Below, piece after piece: positions 1 through 9,398 of a stretch of DNA of 64,000 bases (positions are counted from its first letter, which is position 1; the number at the start of each line of letters is the position of its first letter). Position numbers and translations under genes: made by a program. Location of the stretch: assembly GCA_965199495.1 (NCBI GenBank), contig CBDASK010000003.1:1408001-1472000 (forward strand), written 5' to 3'. Origin of the DNA: Abditibacterium sp. GTDB taxonomy: Bacteria; Armatimonadota; Abditibacteriia; Abditibacteriales; Abditibacteriaceae. The notes below the pieces were generated by a model, which searched no databases, was not told the DNA's origin, and saw only the letters and a program-made list of their open reading frames with translations.

Positions 1-31
1 CGCCGAATAATTGAGGTTTACTTTCCTCGCT

Positions 32-62
32 AAAAACGCCCCGCAAAAAGCGGGGCGTTTTT
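32..62. terminator. Bidirectional intrinsic terminator
   Basis: AAAAACGCCCCGC-loop-GCGGGGCGTTTTT hairpin just downstream of the minus-strand ORF ending at 83. Confidence 0.8.
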
Positions 63-82
63 GGTTTTTCGGTGAACGATTT

Positions 83-1684
83 TCAATTCACCCGCATCAC
101 ATGAGCCACCGGCGCGCCATTGAGCATCAACTCGCCTTCGTCGCTAACTTGATAACGCGCGTTTAACTCCGCATTGAACGCGGCGAGTTTGCCGACATCC
201 ACGATGATATGGGCCGGGCGCGGCAACGTGCCGTCGCCCAAAGCGCGCTCGATTTCGGGCAAACCATCGCCCGACGGCGTGTTGTAACTTTGGTAATTGT
301 GCGCCACGAAATTGGCGCCGACGTTATTCGTATCGGTCGTCGCCAGAAATTTGAGCGCATCGGACGGCCAGTTGGCGGCGTAGAGCGCGAATTGCGTGTC
401 GGGATGCGCGTGCAAATAGCGCCCGACGACAGTCGTTTCGGGATAAAATCCCCACGCGAACGGCTGCTTATCTATGTAAAGTTTCTTCCAGCCCGCGCCC
501 ATTTGCAGCGCGACGAGCAATGTTAAAGCCGTCGCCAAAACTGGTTTCGTCGCGGGCGATTGCCAGCGTTTTCGCGCCCAGTTTCCCAGAGCGATGAGAA
601 AGTAGCAAGCCAATAAATAAACAATTGGCAACGTTCCAATCGCGCGGTGAAAGCCCGGTTTGGTGACGACGCTCGGCAACAAAAACAGCGAAAACAAAAG
701 CAATTCCGGCCAATAATTGCGCAAACGGACGCCCGCGAAAACAATTCCCGCCGCCCATAAAATCAGCATCGGGCCTTCGAGAACCGGAAAGTTAGTGAAA
801 AAATCGTCGCCACGCGCGGAGAAATCGTAGTAACCCAGCGCGGCTTTGAGGTTATCGAATTTGCCCGCCAATCCACCACCATCGGTCATCAGCGAGGCGG
901 CGCGCCCGTTCCACTCTTGCGGATGATGAATCGCATAGTTCAGCATCGGCGCGCAGATGGTGAAAAACAAGAGGAGCGACAACGCCGCGTCAATCCAAAC
1001 GCGGCGCGCGCCGCGCATTTGTAAAAGGCGAAATAGCCAGAAAATCGGCACAAACGCCAAAATCGCGCGCCCGCCATTGTAGGTATAAAGCGTGACGCCC
1101 GCGCTTAACCCGATTTGCAGCGCCCAAAATCGCGCCCGCGCCGGTTGGTCGAAATAAAACCGGCACGATGCCGCCACCCACAGCGCGGCGGGAATTAAAG
1201 TCACCAACTGCCAGCCGACGCGGCTAAACAAAACGAACGCCGAACTCGAAATCCACAGGCATGACAGCAGAAACGCCAGCCAAGGGTTGCCGGTTTTACG
1301 TTGCATAATCCAGAAAAATAAGATCGTCGCCAGCCAGCCGAAAAAAGTCGCGGTCAGTTCGATGGTTTCTTTGGAATAGCCGAAAACTCGGAAAACTCCG
1401 GCCATAAAATAAAGGTAAGGCGTTTCGTGGCCATAGGCTTCGGGCGTGTAAATCCCCAACGATTCGCCGCCCAGAATGCGAAACGCCATCAACGCGTGCC
1501 AGCTCGCGTCGTGGTTGAGGCCGGGCGGAAACGCGCCGCCGCGCCCGTAAAAGACGAAGAGCGCGTAGGCGCAACAGGCCAACAAAAATGGCACGATTTC
1601 GAGCAAACGAGAGATGAATTTCGGTCGCGAATCAGACGCCGCGCTCGCCGTGGCTGCATCGCGCGCCGGGGAAGGAGAATTCAC
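83..1684 (-). CDS. GT-C fold membrane glycosyltransferase (ArnT/PMT-like, GT39/GT83)
   Basis: 533 aa; many TM helices, acidic first loop (NHDASWH...GHETPYLY), soluble C-terminal domain. Confidence 0.7.
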   Translation of the reverse strand: MNSPSPARDAATASAASDSRPKFISRLLEIVPFLLACCAYALFVFYGRGGAFPPGLNHDASWHALMAFRILGGESLGIYTPEAYGHETPYLYFMAGVFRVFGYSKETIELTATFFGWLATILFFWIMQRKTGNPWLAFLLSCLWISSSAFVLFSRVGWQLVTLIPAALWVAASCRFYFDQPARARFWALQIGLSAGVTLYTYNGGRAILAFVPIFWLFRLLQMRGARRVWIDAALSLLLFFTICAPMLNYAIHHPQEWNGRAASLMTDGGGLAGKFDNLKAALGYYDFSARGDDFFTNFPVLEGPMLILWAAGIVFAGVRLRNYWPELLLFSLFLLPSVVTKPGFHRAIGTLPIVYLLACYFLIALGNWARKRWQSPATKPVLATALTLLVALQMGAGWKKLYIDKQPFAWGFYPETTVVGRYLHAHPDTQFALYAANWPSDALKFLATTDTNNVGANFVAHNYQSYNTPSGDGLPEIERALGDGTLPRPAHIIVDVGKLAAFNAELNARYQVSDEGELMLNGAPVAHVMRVN

Positions 1685-1836
1685 GCGTTCAAGGTTATAA
1701 CGCGCGCTGGATGTTGGCGAATGTCGTTGCGCGTTTGTCTGCCAATCTGTTCAGCCAATTAAAATCCGCAACGATTTGAATGGTTCAGTTTCCAAGGTTT
1801 GCGCGTTAAACTGGCGCTCGCATCTTTTTCCAAACC

Positions 1837-2388
1837 ATGAAAATCTCCAACTTTTCTCTGCTCATCCCCGCCGTGGCTGTTATCGGCGCAGCCCTACTTC
1901 CCGCGCGCGCGGCGCACGCGCAGGGCGTCGGACTTTTGCCGCTTCGCGTAAAAATCGGCGCGCTGTTGCCCACGCAAAGCGAAACCAAAGATCGCGCGGG
2001 CAGCGTCATTCCCGCCGCCGAACTCGATTTGCGCATTCCGCGCTTGTTTTCGGGCGGCAATGGCAGCACTTACGCCTCGATTGGCTATCAAGATCGGGGC
2101 GGATTGCGCACCGTTCCGCTCACGCTTTCGCGCACCTTTTCGCCCAAAAACCCGCTCAAAATCGCGACCGGCAATCCCTATTTCGGTCTGGGCGCGGGCG
2201 TCTATTTCTTGCAGGGCGACAACAAAATCGGCAACTCCGAATCGAAGACGACTTTCGGCGGCTTCGCGCAAGTCGGTTACCAGTTCCCCAATCCCTATTT
2301 CATCGAGGCCAAATATCAATTGGTCGCCCAGAAAGCCGACGGCCTGAGCGCCGACGGCCTGATGTTGTTCGTCGGTCGCAAGTTTTAA
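1837..2388 (+). CDS. Outer-membrane beta-barrel protein
   Basis: Signal peptide (AHA|Q), alternating beta-strands (PYFGLGAGVY, FAQVGYQF), C-terminal F. Confidence 0.7.
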   Translation: MKISNFSLLIPAVAVIGAALLPARAAHAQGVGLLPLRVKIGALLPTQSETKDRAGSVIPAAELDLRIPRLFSGGNGSTYASIGYQDRGGLRTVPLTLSRTFSPKNPLKIATGNPYFGLGAGVYFLQGDNKIGNSESKTTFGGFAQVGYQFPNPYFIEAKYQLVAQKADGLSADGLMLFVGRKF

Positions 2389-2494
2389 GGAAAGGATAAA
2401 GGCTGAAGGATAAAGGATAAAATGACGTTATCATGCGTCATTACTTCACGCGATTTCCCCTTTATCCTTCAGCCTTTATCCTTTATCCTTTTCC
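2387..2494. repeat. Inverted pair of heptamer tandem arrays (AAGGATA)n...(TATCCTT)n
   Basis: 26-bp core AAAGGATAAAGGCTGAAGGATAAAGG present in both orientations. Confidence 0.85.
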
Positions 2495-2495
2495 C

Positions 2496-3827
2496 ATGCT
2501 TCTCAAACCCGGCGAACATATTTCCGGCGCCGCGCACTCTTACGAAATCGTCGAAATTCTCGGCCAGGGCACCTACGGAACCGTGTTTCGCGCGCGCGAC
2601 GAAGACGCCAATTTCGTCGTCATCAAACAATTATTCGATACCGGCTCGGCCTCGGAAGAAGATTTCGAGTATCAGCGTAAGCTGTTCTGGCGCGAAGCCG
2701 AGATTTTGTCGCAGATTAATAATCCCAAAATCGTCAAGTTCGTCGAGCGCATCCCCGATGCAGCCACGCCGCCGCCCGACGAAGATATTTTCCTCGTCAT
2801 GGAACTGGTGCAAGGCATCACGCTACGCAAAGTTTTCGACGATTATCGCATTGCGAACAACTCGCAGCCGTTTCCCGCCGAAACCGTGACCGCCGTCGGC
2901 ATCGAGATTTGCGACGCGCTGCATTATCTGCACACGTTGCCCGGTCAGATTATCTATCGCGACCTCAAGCCCGAAAACGTGATGTGGGACAGCGTCGCCC
3001 AAAAATGCAAATTGATCGATTTCGGCACCGCGCGTTTTTCCGATAAAAGTCGCCGCGCCACGCAGGGTTTGGGAACAGAAGGCTACGCGCCGCCCGAATT
3101 GTATTCGTCGCGCTCCGAACTCAGCTTTTCGACCGACGTTTTCACCATCGGCGCGCTGATGTATGAGCTTTTGACGGGCGAAACGCCCGAACCCAAAAGC
3201 GTGCCGTCGAACTTTCGCGGTTACGACGCCCGCATTCCACCCGCGCTGCAAAAGGTCGTTCTCACCGCGCTGCAACTCGATCCGATGAATCGCTTCCAAA
3301 CCGCCGGAGCGATGGGCGACGCGCTACGCGCCACGCATCTGGCGCCCGAAGAACCGGCTTTGGAAGGCGTCGGCGCGCCCAGAGCCACCAATTTGCATCC
3401 GTTGCTCAGTTGTTTCTGCGCCAACTGCGGCGCGGTGCCGCGCACCGACAAAGCGATTTATTGCGGAAAATGTCGCGGCCTGATTCATACCGTCATGCTG
3501 CGCGTCGTGCCCAAAAACGCGCCGCCAACGCTATTGTATCTCCAAAAATCCGATAGCCTATTGGGTCGCACCGACCCCGACACCGGCATCTTCCCCGACG
3601 TTGATTTAAGCCGCTTCGACGCCGGGAGGTTCGTGAGCCGCAAACACGCCGAAATCAAACGTCAAGGCGTAAAATTCTTCCTAACGCCCGGCAAAACCAT
3701 GAACCCAACGCGCGTCAACGGCTTCGCCGTGGCTGAGGGTGCGACCGTGCCACTCGCCAACGAAGATCGGTTGGAATTCGCCGATTTGGTGTGTAATTTC
3801 GTGGTGAGGCCGGTGGTGAACGAGTAA
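2496..3827 (+). CDS. Hanks-type Ser/Thr kinase with zinc ribbon and C-terminal FHA domain
   Basis: GQGTYG, VIK, YRDLKPEN, DFG, GYAPPE; CANC...CGKC; FHA motifs LGR...VSRKHA...NPTRVNG; start moved to ATG 2496, after the repeat. Confidence 0.92.
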   Translation: MLLKPGEHISGAAHSYEIVEILGQGTYGTVFRARDEDANFVVIKQLFDTGSASEEDFEYQRKLFWREAEILSQINNPKIVKFVERIPDAATPPPDEDIFLVMELVQGITLRKVFDDYRIANNSQPFPAETVTAVGIEICDALHYLHTLPGQIIYRDLKPENVMWDSVAQKCKLIDFGTARFSDKSRRATQGLGTEGYAPPELYSSRSELSFSTDVFTIGALMYELLTGETPEPKSVPSNFRGYDARIPPALQKVVLTALQLDPMNRFQTAGAMGDALRATHLAPEEPALEGVGAPRATNLHPLLSCFCANCGAVPRTDKAIYCGKCRGLIHTVMLRVVPKNAPPTLLYLQKSDSLLGRTDPDTGIFPDVDLSRFDAGRFVSRKHAEIKRQGVKFFLTPGKTMNPTRVNGFAVAEGATVPLANEDRLEFADLVCNFVVRPVVNE

Positions 3828-3840
3828 TAGGAGAATCAAA

Positions 3841-4242
3841 ATGTCATTTCAAGTTCGCGTCGTGCTGGGATTTATCGCCGCTTGTCTGGTGATTCCGACG
3901 ATATGGTTGATGATTCCGACGCCTCAAGCCAAAAAAGTCAATCGCATAAAAATCATCATGTCGAGCTTGCCGATGGGCTTGACCAAAGAACAGGTCGCTT
4001 CGCTCTTGAACAAAGAAGAGATAGATTCGCATTACCAAAGCATTGACGAGTTTTCGATCTACGATTCTGATGTGAAAGACTCTGGTTTTAAGCCCACCGA
4101 TTTGAGCGGTTATACCGTCGGTTGGGTTCGCGGCACGCCCAGAGACATCATTGGCGAATGTGGCGTTTATTTCAATTTCTACTTTGATAAAAAAGGCAAG
4201 TTAATCAAGGTCATTGACGAAACGCGTTGTATCGGGTTGTGA
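3841..4242 (+). CDS. Hypothetical membrane-anchored protein
   Basis: 133 aa, GGAG RBS, N-terminal TM segment, AT-rich; weak SmpA/BamE-like pattern (GLTKEQV...FYFDKKGKL). Confidence 0.6.
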   Translation: MSFQVRVVLGFIAACLVIPTIWLMIPTPQAKKVNRIKIIMSSLPMGLTKEQVASLLNKEEIDSHYQSIDEFSIYDSDVKDSGFKPTDLSGYTVGWVRGTPRDIIGECGVYFNFYFDKKGKLIKVIDETRCIGL

Positions 4243-4293
4243 CTTCGCAGTGAAGTCCGCAGTGAACGAATAAACCGCCATTATACTTCTCCC

Positions 4294-4533
4294 ATGCTCA
4301 CCATCAGCGCCGACGAGATGCAACGCGATTTGCCCGCTTACCTCAAATTGGTGCAAAGCGGCGAAACTTTGCTCATTACACAGGCCGATCAACCCGTCGC
4401 TGAAGTTAAGATGGCGGCGCCGCCGAACAAGCAACCACGTCCATTCGGTTTGGCACAGGGCGAGTTCGTCGTGCCCGACGATTTCGATGCGCCGCTTCCC
4501 GATGATATTTTGGATGGCTTCGAGGGCCGATGA
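4294..4533 (+). CDS. Phd/YefM-type antitoxin
   Basis: 79 aa, YLKLVQSGETLLIT and PDDFDAPLP tail; ATGA overlap with the PIN gene. Confidence 0.85.
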   Translation: MLTISADEMQRDLPAYLKLVQSGETLLITQADQPVAEVKMAAPPNKQPRPFGLAQGEFVVPDDFDAPLPDDILDGFEGR

Positions 4534-4916
4534 AACTTCTACTCGACACTCACATTTTCCTGTGGTTCATCAGCGCCGACGCCCGACTTTCTGCGGCGGC
4601 AAAGGCGATGATTGGCGCGCCAGAAAATGAGGTTTATTTGAGCGTTGCTTCTGTTTGGGAAGTTGTCATCAAACATCAGTTGGGCAAATTGCCGTTGCCG
4701 CAAGCGCCCGAAATCTACCTGCCCGCGCAACGCCAGAATCATGGTATCGCAACTCTCGAAATAGACGAAGCAACGATTCGCTTTCTGCCCAAACTTCCGG
4801 CTTTACATCGCGATCCGTTCGACCGCATTCTCATCTGTCAGGCGTTGCAACACGGTTTAACTCTGGTGACGGTAGACGCCGCGATTGTGGCTTATCCCGT
4901 TCCTACAATCGCTTGA
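4530..4916 (+). CDS. vapC: VapC PIN-domain toxin
   Basis: LLLDTHIFLW, SVASVWE, HRDPFDRILICQA, LVTVD. Confidence 0.92.
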   Translation: MKLLLDTHIFLWFISADARLSAAAKAMIGAPENEVYLSVASVWEVVIKHQLGKLPLPQAPEIYLPAQRQNHGIATLEIDEATIRFLPKLPALHRDPFDRILICQALQHGLTLVTVDAAIVAYPVPTIA

Positions 4917-4920
4917 GCCA

Positions 4921-5033
4921 CGTCAACGAAACGCCGCGAGGTTAGGCGCGACCGTCCCGCTCGCCAACGAAAACCGCTCGGAACTCGCCGATTTGGTGTG
5001 CAACTTCGTCATTCGCCCGTTGTGAGCGAGTAA
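4921..5033 (+). pseudogene. Degenerate duplicate of the 3' end of the kinase-FHA gene
   Basis: Encodes GATVPLANENRSELADLVCNFVIRP, versus GATVPLANEDRLEFADLVCNFVVRP at ~3738-3827. Confidence 0.9.
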
Positions 5034-5043
5034 GCTAATTTCG

Positions 5044-5988
5044 ATGATGAAAATCAAAGCTTTGCTTTTATCGCTCGCGCTTGGCGCGGGATTGATGGGC
5101 GCGACAACAATCGCCAGCCATGCCCAAACCGAACCTGCCGCCAGAGAAACCGCGCAAGCCCAGCCGCCCGTGGAAATTCTGCTCGCCAAAATAAACCGCG
5201 CGCGGCAAGCGGATGGGTCGCCCAATGCTTTCGTTGTAACCGGCCCTGCGGGTTTAGCGCTCAAAAAAGTCGTCGTTACCACTGAGAAAGATAACCTGTT
5301 CAACGCTGACCTGACAGTGGACGACTTTAAGGAAGAACTGGGCGATTCGTTGGTGGTTCGCGTCGGCGACAAGGTTCTGGTGCCCTACAGTTACGGCGGC
5401 GATAAGGACAGATATTGGTCGCCGGAATTGCGCGATTTGAACAAAGAGAGCGCGGAAATTCTCAACGGCGGGCCGCTTGCGGGCGCGCCCAAAGAAAGTT
5501 TCGAGATCGAATACTCGCCCTATCAAGGAACTTACGCCGTTAATAAAGCCGTTGAAGTTCAACTCGGCGTGCATAACGTGGGCGCGGTTCCGCTCACGAT
5601 TTACTGGGGCACGAACGGCGGCGGTAATTACCCTTGCCGCGACACAAGCCTCGCTTTCACCGCGACTTTGGATGGCAAGCCGATGCCCGCCAATCCCAAG
5701 CCTTTGCCGCCGGGTTTCATCAGTTCACCTTTCGTGAGCAAACCCGATAATACGCTGAAACGAGGCGTGGATTTAAGCGAATGGTTGCAGTTTTCCCAGC
5801 CCGGCGAGTATCTCGTGGATGCGACTTATACTTTGGAAATCAACAACCCGGAAAAGGACGCTTCGCCCGCCAGTTGGAAGGTTGACTATCACAACCAGTT
5901 TTCGGTGCGCGTGGCAAACGAGGCTGCGCCGCTCAATAAAATCGCCGCTCCGCCGCGCATCTCCGCGCCCGCGAAATCGCAAAATTAG
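5044..5988 (+). CDS. Secreted hypothetical protein with an Ig-like C-terminal domain
   Basis: Signal peptide (SHA|Q); DLSEWLQFSQPGEYLVDATY is an Ig-like pattern. Confidence 0.65.
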   Translation: MMKIKALLLSLALGAGLMGATTIASHAQTEPAARETAQAQPPVEILLAKINRARQADGSPNAFVVTGPAGLALKKVVVTTEKDNLFNADLTVDDFKEELGDSLVVRVGDKVLVPYSYGGDKDRYWSPELRDLNKESAEILNGGPLAGAPKESFEIEYSPYQGTYAVNKAVEVQLGVHNVGAVPLTIYWGTNGGGNYPCRDTSLAFTATLDGKPMPANPKPLPPGFISSPFVSKPDNTLKRGVDLSEWLQFSQPGEYLVDATYTLEINNPEKDASPASWKVDYHNQFSVRVANEAAPLNKIAAPPRISAPAKSQN

Positions 5989-6014
5989 ACAGGAGTTACA
6001 CATTTGCGTTGCCC

Positions 6015-6431
6015 CTATTCCCACATCGATTTGTCGGTGACAAAACACATAATTCCCGTGCCCACGACGAGCGTATGCAACATGCCCTGCGCGATTTGCG
6101 CGGCGAAAGTTACGTTGATGAAACGTGGCGAATGCGTGTAGCGCAGACGATAAGGCAGATTGAACGAGAGCAACAGCAACAGCGCGCCCAGCGTGAAAAA
6201 GACGATATAGCGCGTGTGTTTGTCTTTGATGAGCGCGGCCAACAGCGCGTAACCGACGGCGACTAAAATCGAGCCGCCGAACGTTCCGGCGAAAACCTGT
6301 TGCGGCAATAAGGGCGCATAATCGGGCGGCGCGCCCGAAATGCGCAGCAAGACCAAACCCGCAGGAACGCAAATCGAAGTCGAGATGATGATGGCCAGAG
6401 CCAGACGCGAGAACCAATTGGCGAAATTCAT
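6015..6431 (-). CDS. Small 4-TM hypothetical membrane protein
   Basis: Hydrophobic helices; start chosen at ATG 6431 to avoid overlapping the divergent LuxR gene. Confidence 0.55.
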   Translation of the reverse strand: MNFANWFSRLALAIIISTSICVPAGLVLLRISGAPPDYAPLLPQQVFAGTFGGSILVAVGYALLAALIKDKHTRYIVFFTLGALLLLLSFNLPYRLRYTHSPRFINVTFAAQIAQGMLHTLVVGTGIMCFVTDKSMWE

Positions 6432-6497
6432 AAGCGCAACAAAGCATGGCGTGTAATCGGGCAGCTTCCTATGCCCCATTCGGGTAAAACTGCCGAT

Positions 6498-7100
6498 ATG
6501 CCCGCTCCCACTCTGCTCGAAATCTTGAATCGCGCCGCCGATTTGGATGAACTGCGCGGCGACTTTCTGGCGCGCGCCCAGAAGCATTTCGGCGCCGCGC
6601 GCGCCGCGATTTTCCTAATTGACCAGTTGCCGCCCGGCGTCAGGGATGGCGCGCGCAATCCGCTAATGGATTACGTATTACAGCATCATGCGCCGATGTC
6701 GAGCGACGCTTTGCCCGCGCGCGCTCTCGTGAGGCGCTCCGATCACGGCCATGCGTTGCTTGGGCCGCTGATTTACGAAGGAAAATTGCAGGGCGTGCTG
6801 GCGTTTACGCGCCATTTATCGGACGCGGCGTTTGAAGCCGCCGACATCGCCGACGTGACGGCGCTTTGTCTGCACGTTTCGGCGTTGCTGGCGAGCCAAT
6901 CGGTCGCGCCAAAATTGCCGGATTTAACCGCGCGCGAACGGCAGATTTGCGCGCTGGTGGCGCGCGGCAAGACCAACGCGCAAATCGCCGGGGCATTGTG
7001 CGTTTCGCCCGAAACGGTGAAGGCACATCTCAAAACGATCTTTCGCAAATGCGAAGTTCATTCGCGCGCGGGTTTGGCAGGTTTGTTTTCGCGGCAGTAA
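6498..7100 (+). CDS. GAF + LuxR-type HTH transcriptional regulator
   Basis: LTARERQICALVARGKTNAQIA...SPETVKAHLKTIFRK. Confidence 0.9.
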   Translation: MPAPTLLEILNRAADLDELRGDFLARAQKHFGAARAAIFLIDQLPPGVRDGARNPLMDYVLQHHAPMSSDALPARALVRRSDHGHALLGPLIYEGKLQGVLAFTRHLSDAAFEAADIADVTALCLHVSALLASQSVAPKLPDLTARERQICALVARGKTNAQIAGALCVSPETVKAHLKTIFRKCEVHSRAGLAGLFSRQ

Positions 7101-7139
7101 CGAATTACGCACTTTACGTGCGCTTCGAGCGGAGCTAAC

Positions 7140-7307
7140 GTTCTCACCGGGTAGTTTGATAGGGTTGCCGTAAGCCGTAGAGACGCCGATTTATCGCGTC
7201 TAAAGCGTCCATGTTCCCCTAACTCTGCGAAAATCCTGATGTTTTAGACGCGATAAATCGGCGCCTCTACGGGGCTGTGACACTATACCGAACTATCCGG
7301 TTAGAAC
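7140..7307. repeat. REP/REPIN-like palindrome, GTAGAGACGCCGATTTATCGCGTCT family
   Basis: Inverted core copies at ~7176-7204 and ~7243-7271 with degenerate outer arms; same core at 30576. Confidence 0.85.
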
Positions 7308-7387
7308 ACTAACGTCCTGTGCGTAAAGTCCAACCTTGAGATAATTCGCCGCGTTTCAAGACAGGCTTTTAAACTAAAGCCATCGCC

Positions 7388-9055
7388 ATGAGATTCTTTT
7401 CCAAAAACGTGCCCATCCCCGAAGTCCCCGCCGAACCCGCAATTACTCCCGCGCCCGATGCAGCCACGGCGCCCGCGCCCGAACCCGCGCCGGTTGTCGA
7501 AGTTGACCTCGAAACCGCGATTCCCATCGAAAATGATGAGCTGGAAATCATCGAAACCGTTGCAGCTTCGCCGGAATCGGAAACGCAAATCGAGGCCGAT
7601 GTCGCGCAACTCGAACACGCGGCGCCCGAACCGCCGCGACCTTTATCGCCGGGCGCGTTTTTGGGCGGCGATTTAGAAATCATCGAAGTGATGGCGCGAG
7701 GACAAATTAATCTCTATCGCGCCGACGTTGACGAATGGGGCGCGCACGATTATCAATTGGTCGCCGAGCGTTTGGCGCCCGCGAATGTTGCCGAAAACGC
7801 GCCCGAATCGGCGCTGTTTCCCGCCGCGCGGCGTTGGACGCAGGACGAGCGCGAATACGCGGCGTGGCCTTTGGCGCACTTGACGCAATTGGCCGACTGG
7901 AATCCGCCCGCCAACGACGAGGTTTATCTGCAAACTCTGGCGGCTCTGGCCGCAGGTTTGGCCGCGCTCGAAGAGGCCGGACTTGCGCCCGATTTGCCGC
8001 GCGACGCGCTGTGGATTGACCAAAGCGGCGCCATCAAATTTTATGGATTCTTCGATCAAATCGGCGAAAACGCGCCGCCGATGAGCGCGCTCGAACAGTT
8101 ATCGGCACTTTCCAGTCGTCTGGCCAAAAGCAATCTGGCGCGCAGTGCGACGTTGAAATTGGACGACGAATTTAGCGCGTTGCCTTTGTCGGACGAAACC
8201 AAAACTTTCGCCAAACGCCTGGCGGCGGGCGAATGGGAAACCATCGGCGAGGCGGCGGAGTGGCTGCAAATCGCGCCGGTTCATAGCAGCGAGATCGCGT
8301 TGTTGTCCGATGTCGGCTTGTTGCGCGAACTCAACGAAGATTGCGGATTGACTTTGCGCCTCAGTCGCGCCGGGCACGCCACGCATTTCGAGATCGAGGT
8401 CGTCGCCGTGGCTGATGGCATGGGCGGGCACGAAGGCGGCGAAGTCGCCTCGGAACTGGCGCTGACGACGTTGCAAAATCAGTTACTCCAACTCGATTTG
8501 GATTGGAACGACAACGCGGTTTTGATGCAATCGGTCGCGCAGATTTGTGAAAACGTCAACGCCGCCGTCGTCGCGATGAACGAAAATCCGCCTTACGCCG
8601 CGATGCGCAACAAGCCGGGCGCGACGTTGGTTTGGGCGTTGCGTTTGGGCAGTCGCGTTTTCATCGGCAACGTCGGCGATTCTCGCGCCTATCGCTGGAG
8701 CGCGCGCGAAGGTTTGCAACGATTGACGACCGACCATTCGTATGTGCAGGATTTGATTGACAGCGGCAGACTGCGCGAGGAAGAATCGTGGGGCCATCCC
8801 GACGGATCGGTGATTACTTCGCACATCGGCATGGCGCGCGGCATGCAACGCGATGTTTTTCTGCATTTGGTGCGGCCCGGCGACAAACTATTTTTGGTTT
8901 CGGATGGCGTCGTGGATATGCTGCGCGACGAAACCATCGCCGAAATCGCCGCCGAACAGGCCGACCCGCGCGCGCTGTGTGGCGCTCTGGTCGAAGCCGC
9001 CAATGACGCGGGTGGCGCGGATAATATTACCGTGGCGGCGCTGTTTTGCGTTTGA
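7388..9055 (+). CDS. PP2C-family Ser/Thr phosphatase with an N-terminal degenerate kinase-like domain
   Basis: RELNED, VADGMGGH, NVGDSRAY, TTDHS, LVSDGV, GGADNIT. Confidence 0.92.
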   Translation: MRFFSKNVPIPEVPAEPAITPAPDAATAPAPEPAPVVEVDLETAIPIENDELEIIETVAASPESETQIEADVAQLEHAAPEPPRPLSPGAFLGGDLEIIEVMARGQINLYRADVDEWGAHDYQLVAERLAPANVAENAPESALFPAARRWTQDEREYAAWPLAHLTQLADWNPPANDEVYLQTLAALAAGLAALEEAGLAPDLPRDALWIDQSGAIKFYGFFDQIGENAPPMSALEQLSALSSRLAKSNLARSATLKLDDEFSALPLSDETKTFAKRLAAGEWETIGEAAEWLQIAPVHSSEIALLSDVGLLRELNEDCGLTLRLSRAGHATHFEIEVVAVADGMGGHEGGEVASELALTTLQNQLLQLDLDWNDNAVLMQSVAQICENVNAAVVAMNENPPYAAMRNKPGATLVWALRLGSRVFIGNVGDSRAYRWSAREGLQRLTTDHSYVQDLIDSGRLREEESWGHPDGSVITSHIGMARGMQRDVFLHLVRPGDKLFLVSDGVVDMLRDETIAEIAAEQADPRALCGALVEAANDAGGADNITVAALFCV

Positions 9056-9081
9056 GTTTGGCGTTATATTGGGGTGACACC

Positions 9082-9371
9082 CAAGGACTTGTGCCCAATG
9101 GCATGAATTGAGTTGGAAGCAACTCTGACTCACACCCCCACTGCCTGCGCACTGCCCTGGTTTCACCGGGCGCCCACCCCCTCCGAGAGGGGAAGAATGC
9201 CTCGGACGTTTCGGAGCTTCCTTAATCCATGCGAAGCAGTCAAAGTAACTGCGGCATCCTCCCCTCTCGGAGGGGGTGGGCGCCCGGTGAAACCAGGGCA
9301 GTGCGCAGGCAATGGGGGTGTGAGTCAGAGTTGCTTCCAACTCAATTCATGCCATTGGGCACAAGTCCTTG
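9082..9371. repeat. Long near-perfect palindrome (MITE-like), ~119-bp arms
   Basis: 9082-9201 is the reverse complement of 9253-9371 with few mismatches; contains CCCCTCCGAGAGGGG. Confidence 0.9.
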
Positions 9372-9398
9372 ATATCGCCACTCTATAAAAAGAGAAAC

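Noticed and set aside
4246..4266. CGCAGTGAA direct repeat upstream of the antitoxin as an operator
   Set aside because: Only 9 bp x2; too weak to call
8888..9388. Mirror ORFs MEATLTHTP... on both strands
   Set aside because: Artefact of the 290-bp palindrome
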